Shown piece by piece: positions 45,063 to 51,666 of a stretch of DNA of 51,666 nucleotides. The stretch's first letter is position 1. Every line of letters begins with the position of its first letter. The notes under the pieces are model-generated. The model was given only the letters and a program-made list of their open reading frames with translations, ran no database searches and had not been told where the DNA came from. This stretch comes from an uncultured Hyphomonas sp. (lineage in GTDB: Bacteria; Pseudomonadota; Alphaproteobacteria; Caulobacterales; Hyphomonadaceae): positions 1-51,666 of the forward strand of contig CAYNUI010000001.1 in the NCBI GenBank assembly GCA_964400185.1, read 5' to 3'. A program made the translations under genes and the position numbers.

Positions 45063-46832
45063 ATGACCGCAAAGCTGATACAGCATTGGCGTTTAGCCTC
45101 GCTCGCCGCATTTTTGAGCGTTGGGCTGCTGGCCTTTCACTACATGACAGGCACGGTTCAAGGCGCCTCTTTCCACTATAATCTCTCTTGGTACGACGCG
45201 TTCCGAAACGCCTTTTGGCAGGGTGATCTCTATCCTCGGTTCTTGCCGGACCTCTGGCATGGCATGGGCGGCGCAGACTTTTACTTCTATGGCCCAATGC
45301 CGTTTTGGTTCACTGCAACCTTTGGCGAAGCCGTTTGCCCAGGCTGCAGCACAAGCCAAACCTTCTCCGTCTCCGCCGCCTGGATGATGATCTTATCCGG
45401 CGTGACATTCTTCATCTTCGCCCGCCGCTTCTTTAAGCCAGCATGGGCGGGCTTTGGCGCGATCCTCTATGTCTTTTTGCCGATGCACTATCTCGTCACT
45501 TGGTACGTGGCGCAGACCGTAGGCACGGTTCTAGCGCTGGCCATCTTACCCTTGCTCGCCCTCTCGGTGACCAAACTGATCGAAGAAAATAAAGGCGGGG
45601 TTCTGTTCACGGCGAGTTTCACAGCCCTCGCGCTCACCCATCTTCCCAGCACACTCCTGATCGGACACTTGCTGGTCGTCTGCATTCTTTGGGCAGCATT
45701 TACGCGAGAAAGCGACTGGGGCGGCCGGTTCGCTTTGGTCATGCGGTTTGCACCCTGGGGTCTGTTGAGCGTCGCGTTGAGCGCCATCTATTGGCTGCCA
45801 GCGCTGGCGCTCTTGGACACTGTGTCCTCCGAGATGCTCTACACAAGCTACTATGACGCGACCAAGTGGTTGTTCTTTGACGGGCTGCCAGAGAATGATC
45901 CGTATGAGGCCAATCTCTATAAGTGGCCTCTTTTCCTCGCCGTGTTCACCGCCGTCGCCGCAGGCAGCAATCTTTATGGCAAATCGGAGCGCGCATCTCT
46001 CTTCATGTGGGCGGTCGTTCCGAGCTTGCTCGTGCTCTTCTTAATGTCCATCCTGTCATATCCGGTGTGGAAGTTCTGGATCATCAATAAAGTTCAGTTC
46101 CCTTATCGCAGCATGGTGCTGGCGGACCTCTCAATCGCCCTCTCGGCAATCGTAATCGTGCGCAATTTCGCGCGGCATTGGGGTGACAAGAGCGCGATGC
46201 GCTCGCGGCTCATCGCTGTGTTCGGCACGTTTGCGCTCTTCTTCGCCTTCCTGGCGCCGCTGCAAAAGTCTTCCGAAGTCACGGTACAAGGCTGGGGTCA
46301 GACAGAAGAGTTCTTGCCGGTCGCACCACCAGAATACATTCCGCCACGCTTTATCGAACTCGCGCTGGAACGCTTCCGTGCCAAGGTGACGGACGAAGAC
46401 AATAATGCTCAACGCTATCTGATGTTCTTCGAAGAAATGCGCCTGGGCTACCAAGCCGCTTTGGACGCGTTCGAAGCAGACGCTCCAGGGGCGGTCTTAA
46501 TCCCACACATCAATGAGCGCATGACGCTAATCACCGACCTTCCCGCCGCACAGACCGTTCGAATTCCGCTGTCTGCTTGGACCTTCTGGCGCGCAGAACT
46601 TGCCGATGGCACCCCGGTTGAGCTGCGGACAAATCAGGATCTCGGTGTTCTCGAAGCGACTTTGCCGGCCGGGTCCAGCACTGTGAATCTGAGCCTCATC
46701 GAGACCGCTCCGCAGCGCATTGGGTCCGCAATTACGTTTTTCGCTATCCTGGTGTCTCTATTTTGGGGTGGCCTAGTGGTCTATCGCCGTCGGAGAGGTC
46801 ACAAGAACGCTTTCGCAACTTCTATCGCGTAG
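45063..46832 (+). CDS. GT-C-like membrane protein (PTPS-related/YfhO family)
   Basis: G.LYPR....W.G.G...FYFYGP, THLP, LSAIYWLPAL, QFPYR, EYIP, C-terminal periplasmic domain plus TM. Confidence 0.78.
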   Translation: MTAKLIQHWRLASLAAFLSVGLLAFHYMTGTVQGASFHYNLSWYDAFRNAFWQGDLYPRFLPDLWHGMGGADFYFYGPMPFWFTATFGEAVCPGCSTSQTFSVSAAWMMILSGVTFFIFARRFFKPAWAGFGAILYVFLPMHYLVTWYVAQTVGTVLALAILPLLALSVTKLIEENKGGVLFTASFTALALTHLPSTLLIGHLLVVCILWAAFTRESDWGGRFALVMRFAPWGLLSVALSAIYWLPALALLDTVSSEMLYTSYYDATKWLFFDGLPENDPYEANLYKWPLFLAVFTAVAAGSNLYGKSERASLFMWAVVPSLLVLFLMSILSYPVWKFWIINKVQFPYRSMVLADLSIALSAIVIVRNFARHWGDKSAMRSRLIAVFGTFALFFAFLAPLQKSSEVTVQGWGQTEEFLPVAPPEYIPPRFIELALERFRAKVTDEDNNAQRYLMFFEEMRLGYQAALDAFEADAPGAVLIPHINERMTLITDLPAAQTVRIPLSAWTFWRAELADGTPVELRTNQDLGVLEATLPAGSSTVNLSLIETAPQRIGSAITFFAILVSLFWGGLVVYRRRRGHKNAFATSIA

Positions 46833-46841
46833 ATTGAAGTC

Positions 46842-47867
46842 ATGATGAAGCGAGTTTTTGATATGCCGACCCTGTCGATTGTCGTGCCGATGTATAATGA
46901 AGAAGAAGCCATGGCGGGTTTCTTTGAACGCGTGCAGGCGGTGCTGCAAACGGTTACGCCCTCATATGAAATCATTTGCGTCAATGATGGCAGCCGTGAC
47001 TTAACGCTGGCTCGGCTGCGGCAATTCGCAGAAACCGACCCCCGCATCAAAGTCGTCAATCTTTCGCGGAATTTCGGCAAAGAGATCGCTCTCTCAGCCG
47101 GGATTGATCATGCCAAAGGCGACGCCGTTGTTCCCATCGATGCCGATCTTCAAGATCCGCCGGAAGTCATTCCTCTGATGATGGCCAAATGGCGGGCTGG
47201 AGCGAAAGTTGTGCTCGCAAAGCGCCGCGATCGGTCTTCGGATTCTTGGCTTAAGCGCCTGACGGCCAATGGCGCCTATTGGCTGTTTTCTAAATTGACC
47301 CACCCGCGCATTCCTCAAAATGTCGGGGACTTTAGGCTCATGGACCGCGAAGTCGTGGAGGCGATCAAGCGCCTTCCAGAGCGATCTCGCTTCATGAAAG
47401 GCCTGTTCGCTTGGGTCGGCTATGAAGCTGAAACGGTGGAGTATGACCGTGAGTCACGCTCCGCTGGTGAGACGAAGTGGAATTATTGGAAGCTTTGGAA
47501 TTTTGCCCTCGATGGCATCACCTCTTTCTCATCCTTGCCGCTCCGCGTTTGGTCCTATCTTGGATTTGGCGTCAGCCTCCTGGCGATGGCCTATCTCGCC
47601 TGGACAGTCGCGAAGACAGTGATTTTCGGACTCGACGTGCCCGGATATGCCTCATTGATGAGCGTCATCTTGTTCTTCAATGGCATTTCACTGATCGGCA
47701 TCGGCGTCATTGGCGAATACCTTGGCCGGATCTTTACCGAGGTAAAAGGGCGCCCGCTTTATTTGGTCGCGGAGACGATTGGCATTGATGCAAATGCACG
47801 GTCTGAGACGCCGGGCGCATATTCAGCCCCGAGCGACGAGCCACAGGCGCGTTTAACTGGCAGATAG
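46842..47867 (+). CDS. gtrB: Bactoprenol glycosyltransferase (GtrB/YfdH-like GT2)
   Basis: VVPMYNEE, NDGSRD, LSRNFGKE, DADLQDPPE, GDFRLMDR, GEYLGRIF.EVK.RP.Y. Confidence 0.9.
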   Translation: MMKRVFDMPTLSIVVPMYNEEEAMAGFFERVQAVLQTVTPSYEIICVNDGSRDLTLARLRQFAETDPRIKVVNLSRNFGKEIALSAGIDHAKGDAVVPIDADLQDPPEVIPLMMAKWRAGAKVVLAKRRDRSSDSWLKRLTANGAYWLFSKLTHPRIPQNVGDFRLMDREVVEAIKRLPERSRFMKGLFAWVGYEAETVEYDRESRSAGETKWNYWKLWNFALDGITSFSSLPLRVWSYLGFGVSLLAMAYLAWTVAKTVIFGLDVPGYASLMSVILFFNGISLIGIGVIGEYLGRIFTEVKGRPLYLVAETIGIDANARSETPGAYSAPSDEPQARLTGR

Positions 47868-47952
47868 TCATTCGATCTGGTCTCGACGTCCTTTCTCACC
47901 CAGAACCCCGTGGACTGACGACTCAAAAATAACAAAAGAGTCATAATTTCAC

Positions 47953-48000
47953 TATTGACCACATTTGTAGTCATCGATATTGACCACACTTGTAGTCAAT
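47953..48000 (+). promoter_or_regulatory. Two tandem BlaI/MecI/CopY-type operators overlapping the promoter
   Basis: TATTGACCACATTTGTAGTCA (47953-47973) and TATTGACCACACTTGTAGTCA (47978-47998), 25-bp period. Each is a dyad around ACA-NN-TGT and contains a TTGACC -35-like hexamer. Confidence 0.85.
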
Positions 48001-48008
48001 AAGGTGAG

Positions 48009-48380
48009 ATGATGAGTCTACAAATCACCCCTGCCGAACTCGAAATCATGAAAGTGCTGTGGAAGCAGCCAGGGATTGGCGCGTCGGAAATTGTCGATGC
48101 GCTTGATGGTGAACAGGATTGGAGTCCACGCACCGTCAAAACCCTGCTTTCGCGCTTGGTCGAGAAAGGGGCTTTGGAGACTGCCGCGGAGGGACGCCGC
48201 TATCTCTATCGTCCACTCATCGACAAGCGTGACTATCAAAAGAAAGAAGCCGGACAGCTTATCGACAAACTGTTTGGTGGCCGAGCTGCGCCCTTAGTCG
48301 CGCAACTCGCTGATGCCCGCGGGCTCAGCGAAGACGATATCGAAGAACTCGAAGCTCTGTTGGGGAGACTGAAGCAATGA
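48009..48380 (+). CDS. BlaI/MecI/CopY family transcriptional repressor
   Basis: ITPAELEIMKVLW, WSPRTVKTLLSRLVEKG, YLYRP, LFGG...LVAQL, LS..DIEEL. Confidence 0.93.
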   Translation: MMSLQITPAELEIMKVLWKQPGIGASEIVDALDGEQDWSPRTVKTLLSRLVEKGALETAAEGRRYLYRPLIDKRDYQKKEAGQLIDKLFGGRAAPLVAQLADARGLSEDDIEELEALLGRLKQ

Positions 48381-50572
48381 GCTGGACCGAATTTCATCCC
48401 TTCGTGCAGGATGCCATCCTAACCACGCTCGCCGTGGGAGCCCTGGTGCTCCTCGTCTTGGCGATCCGCAAACCCTTCGCCAAGCGCTATGGCGCCAAAG
48501 CCGCCTATTTGCTGTGGGCCCTGCCCCTCGCACGCTTCGTTACGCCGCCCCTGCCCGGCAATTGGTCTTTGGCAGGATTGCTCGGCTTCGACCGGACCCC
48601 TGCTTCTGCCGAGACGTCCGCTTCGGCACGGGAAGTGTTCGTCGTCCGCTCAGAGTTTGAAGGCATGGCTGGCGCTGTCCCTGAGCCAGGCGTCGCCCCG
48701 GCTCCGATCCCTGAATATACCACGCTGGTGGCGCCAGATATGGCTACCGCAGCCCCAGCCGGAACAAGCTTGCTAGAGGCCATCCTGGCCCAGGCTCCCC
48801 TGATCCTGACGTGTGTCTGGATAACCGGGATGGTCCTCTGGCTTGGTCGTTCGCTCTTTCAGCAACGCCAATTCCTGGCCTTGATTGAGGCGGACTCTGA
48901 GCCGGCCAATGAAGATACCGTCACGCAGACGCATCGCATCGCCAAGCAACTCGGCATCAAGCGTGTGCCAGATGTGCGGGCCAGCTTGCTGTGCAGCGGC
49001 CCTCTGGTCACCGGCCTCAAGAACCCCGTCATTCTTCTGCCGATGTGGTTTGAGGAAGACTATGATGCTGCAGAGCGTCGCGACGCCTTGGTCCATGAAT
49101 TGATGCACCTCAAACGCCGCGATCTCTGGGCCTTCCAAGCCGCCCGGATCGTCGCTGCAACGCAATGGTTCAATCCGCTTGCCCATATTGCGCTGAAAGC
49201 CTTCCGCACAGATCAAGAAGCCGCTTGCGACGCGGACGTGATCTCACGTGCGAAACTGTCTCCTGCCGCCTATGGCCGGACTTTGGTCAAGGCCGCGCGC
49301 CTTGCCCGTCCTTCAGATCGCCGCATCGCCGCGGCGAGCCTGACCCTCGCTCATCCCATAAAAGAAAGACTAATAATGATGACGCACCCTACTCCCACTT
49401 TCCGCAGTCGTTTAATGGGCGGCGCGCTGGCTGCGACCCTCGGCGCTGGCGCGATCTTTGCCACTGCTTCCTGCACCTCCTCCGTTGCTCAAGAATTGGA
49501 TGGCGGCGCAGAAACAACGAGCCCAGAAACGACTGCGGATAACAAGATCGTCGTCTTCGACAGTGAACAATCGATGAGTGTCGATGTGACCATCGATGGC
49601 GAGACTTTCTCCTTCGATATGGCGGATATGCCACCCATGCCGCCAATGCCTGCGCTCCCTCCGCTCGCCGGAATTGAGTTCGAGCAAGATGGATCGCACT
49701 TCCACATGTCGTTCGACACGGATGAAATCCAGGCCTTGGAAGGCACACCAGAATTTGCCGAATGGGAATCCAAAATGGAAGCCTGGGGCGAAGAAATGGA
49801 AGCCTGGGGCGAACAAGTAGAGGCCAATGCAGAGCGTTGGGCTGAAGACATGGAGCCCCGCATAGAGGCCTGGGCGGAAGCCAACGCCATGCGCTGGGAA
49901 AGCCAGGTCGAGCTTATGGTTGCCCAAGCTGAAGCCGAAGCTGAACGCGCCGAACACATCATGCGCTTCACCGAAAAAGGCGAAGACTATGAAGGTGTGA
50001 CCTCTCCGGAGACGCGTGACTTTGGCTCAAGAAACTTCGATCGCATCGAAGTCGGCGGCGGTATTTCCGTGGTCTATTCGCAAGATCCGAACGCGTCCGT
50101 AACGGCAACGCTCGAGCGCGGCAGCTGGGACCAGGTTTCGATCGAAGTTGATGATGGCGCCCTTGTCGCGAAAAAGCGCAACGGTTCAAAATGGGGCCGC
50201 TATGGACCGCGTCTGACCGTCTATGCGAGCTCTCCTAACCTCACGTCTGTCGATACGGGTTCTGGTGCATCCTTCAAAGGCAGTGTTGTCGCTGGCAATC
50301 TTTCCGTCGACGCCTCAAGCGGCTCCTCGATCAGCATGGATGGCGCTTGTGAAGGTTTGAACCTCGATGCATCGTCTGGTTCGAGCATTTCTCTCAAAGG
50401 CTTGGAATGCAATAGCGTCATTGTTGACGCATCCAGCGGATCTTCGATCAGCGTCTATGCATCAAACAGCCTAGATGTAGATGCCTCAAGCGGATCATCC
50501 ATCGTCGTCATGGGCAATCCTCAAACGGTCAACAAAGACACCTCTAGCGGTGCGTCCGTCAGCATCAGATAA
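48377..50572 (+). CDS. M56 (BlaR1/MecR1-type) metallopeptidase fused to a C-terminal DUF2807/GIN-like beta-solenoid
   Basis: ATGA-coupled to blaI. HELMHLKRRD zinc motif (49094), WFNP, E.ACD, Y...L. C-terminal FDRIEVGGGISV and repeated DASSGSSI. Confidence 0.88.
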   Translation: MSWTEFHPFVQDAILTTLAVGALVLLVLAIRKPFAKRYGAKAAYLLWALPLARFVTPPLPGNWSLAGLLGFDRTPASAETSASAREVFVVRSEFEGMAGAVPEPGVAPAPIPEYTTLVAPDMATAAPAGTSLLEAILAQAPLILTCVWITGMVLWLGRSLFQQRQFLALIEADSEPANEDTVTQTHRIAKQLGIKRVPDVRASLLCSGPLVTGLKNPVILLPMWFEEDYDAAERRDALVHELMHLKRRDLWAFQAARIVAATQWFNPLAHIALKAFRTDQEAACDADVISRAKLSPAAYGRTLVKAARLARPSDRRIAAASLTLAHPIKERLIMMTHPTPTFRSRLMGGALAATLGAGAIFATASCTSSVAQELDGGAETTSPETTADNKIVVFDSEQSMSVDVTIDGETFSFDMADMPPMPPMPALPPLAGIEFEQDGSHFHMSFDTDEIQALEGTPEFAEWESKMEAWGEEMEAWGEQVEANAERWAEDMEPRIEAWAEANAMRWESQVELMVAQAEAEAERAEHIMRFTEKGEDYEGVTSPETRDFGSRNFDRIEVGGGISVVYSQDPNASVTATLERGSWDQVSIEVDDGALVAKKRNGSKWGRYGPRLTVYASSPNLTSVDTGSGASFKGSVVAGNLSVDASSGSSISMDGACEGLNLDASSGSSISLKGLECNSVIVDASSGSSISVYASNSLDVDASSGSSIVVMGNPQTVNKDTSSGASVSIR
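49773..49813 (+). repeat. Intragenic 21-nt tandem duplication (MEAWGE x2)
   Basis: AAATGGAAGCCTGGGGCGAA at 49773-49792 and 49794-49813. Confidence 0.85.
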
Positions 50573-50650
50573 GCTCTCCTCCCTGGATGCTCGTCTCACC
50601 GGGCACCTATTCAGAGAGTTGAAAACCCCGCTTAACAGCGGGGTTTTTTA
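50573..50650 (+). ncRNA. Possible suhB/alpha-r8-like anti-Shine-Dalgarno RNA element in the 3' UTR
   Basis: TCTCCTCCCT (50575-50584), then a small hairpin and a strong terminator. Confidence 0.35.
50622..50649 (+). terminator. Intrinsic terminator of the blaI-M56 operon
   Basis: AAAACCCCGCT-TAAC-AGCGGGGTTTTTT. Confidence 0.88.
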
Positions 50651-50761
50651 ATGCCTCTTAGATCCATTCAAAAATTGCATAATTGAATTCAAACAGACTG
50701 CTCTAGTGAAACCGAGCGACGATGCCATCTTGTCGTCAACGCAACTCTAAAGGAGGCTTTC

Positions 50762-51457
50762 ATGATTGAGATCAGACGCTTTTCCGACCTTGGGACGTTT
50801 CAGAATGATTGGCTGAACGCTCACTATCACTTTTCTTTCTCGCACTATTTTGACCCGAACCGCATGGGGCACGGCAAACTGCGGGTTTGGAATGATGACA
50901 CCATTCAACCGAAAACAGGCTTTCCGCCCCATGGCCATCGCGACATGGAAATCATTACCTATGTGCGCACTGGAGCCATTACGCACGAAGACTCTATGGG
51001 CAATAAAGGCCGCACAGAAGCGGGCGATGTCCAGGTGATGAGTGCCGGCAGTGGGGTCCAACATTCCGAATGGAACGCTGAGTCAGAAGACACGACCATT
51101 TTCCAATTGTGGATCGAGCCCGCTGAGAATGGTGGGGCCCCCGATTGGGGCGCTAAGGCGTTTCCAAAGGCTGATCGGTCCGGCGAATGGGCGGTTCTTG
51201 CCAGCGGGCGCGGGGAGACGGATGCGCTTCCTATCCGTCAGAATGCCGCTGTGCTGGGCGCAACTCTCAAAGCTGGCGAGAGCCTCGACTACGAGGTCAA
51301 AGAGGGTCGATATGGCTATCTCGTCCTCGCTGCTGGCTCGGTTGAACTGAATGGCGAGGTCCTAAACGCCCGCGATGGAGCGGCGATTACGGGTGCCGCA
51401 ACGCTGACGTTAAAAGGGCTTGAGGACGCAGAAATTGTGTTTGTGGACACAATTTAA
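50762..51457 (+). CDS. Pirin family protein (YhhW-like)
   Basis: FSFSHYFDP..G.LRVWNDD, GFPPHGHRDMEIITY, HEDSMGN, MSAGSGVQHSE, FQLWI. AAGGAGG RBS. Confidence 0.93.
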   Translation: MIEIRRFSDLGTFQNDWLNAHYHFSFSHYFDPNRMGHGKLRVWNDDTIQPKTGFPPHGHRDMEIITYVRTGAITHEDSMGNKGRTEAGDVQVMSAGSGVQHSEWNAESEDTTIFQLWIEPAENGGAPDWGAKAFPKADRSGEWAVLASGRGETDALPIRQNAAVLGATLKAGESLDYEVKEGRYGYLVLAAGSVELNGEVLNARDGAAITGAATLTLKGLEDAEIVFVDTI

Positions 51458-51544
51458 TCTGACCCTCTCAGGCATGTGATTGGAACAGAATGGAAAAATA
51501 CCCTATATTCCATTCTGTTCTTAATCCGCGATAGGAGTGTGCTT

Positions 51545-51666
51545 ATGAAAACCATCTTTGCTGCGATTGGCGCTCTAGCCATTCTTCCAACAGCGGCCGC
51601 CACCGAAGTTGCTGTCACATACAGCGATGACTTTGCCGAGGAACTCACCGACAATTATGGCGAGCG
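51545..51666 (+). CDS. Hypothetical secreted protein, 3'-truncated by window edge
   Basis: AGGAG RBS; MKTIFAAIGALAILPTAAA-TEVAVTYSDDFAEELTDNYGE signal peptide; frame open to the end. Confidence 0.7.
   Translation, partial: MKTIFAAIGALAILPTAAATEVAVTYSDDFAEELTDNYGE

Noticed and set aside
47953-47998. CRISPR-like direct repeat
   Set aside because: Only two 21-bp copies with a 4-bp gap and no cas genes; fully explained as BlaI operators.
48009-50572. Beta-lactam resistance locus
   Set aside because: No penicillin-binding sensor domain, and no beta-lactamase or PBP2a gene.

Overview
About 51.7 kb of alphaproteobacterial chromosome. Gene content suggests Caulobacterales/Hyphomonadaceae, but that is inference. 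I see no rRNA, tRNA, CRISPR, integrase or IS. About 37.5 kb (2105-39624) is one large surface-polysaccharide locus. It has a Wzx/Wzy core: priming phosphoglycosyltransferase, Wzx, two Wzy/WaaL-like proteins, Wzc, a short OPX plus beta-barrel, and a PPP-family phosphatase. It also carries GT2/GT4 enzymes, decorating enzymes (pyruvyl transferase, acyltransferase-3, deacetylase, a QueC-like PP-loop protein), and an embedded lipid-linked/GT-C glycosylation module with two UDP-galactopyranose-mutase-like flavoproteins and a GMC oxidoreductase. The main pattern not explained by the ORF track is a sigma54 (-24/-12, GG-N10-GC) promoter match in front of most transcription units: 13 sites found by eye, correctly oriented, with no enhancer-binding protein gene in the window. 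The left flank has VWA and NDUFA9-like genes. The right flank has rluD, phoD, an SDR, an MscS channel, a GT-C/GtrB pair and a pirin. It also has a BlaI + M56 peptidase operon with two tandem operators, a DUF2807/GIN-like beta-solenoid in place of the penicillin sensor, a possible internal start and a suhB-like anti-SD element in its 3' UTR. All calls are motif-based by eye; no searches were run.
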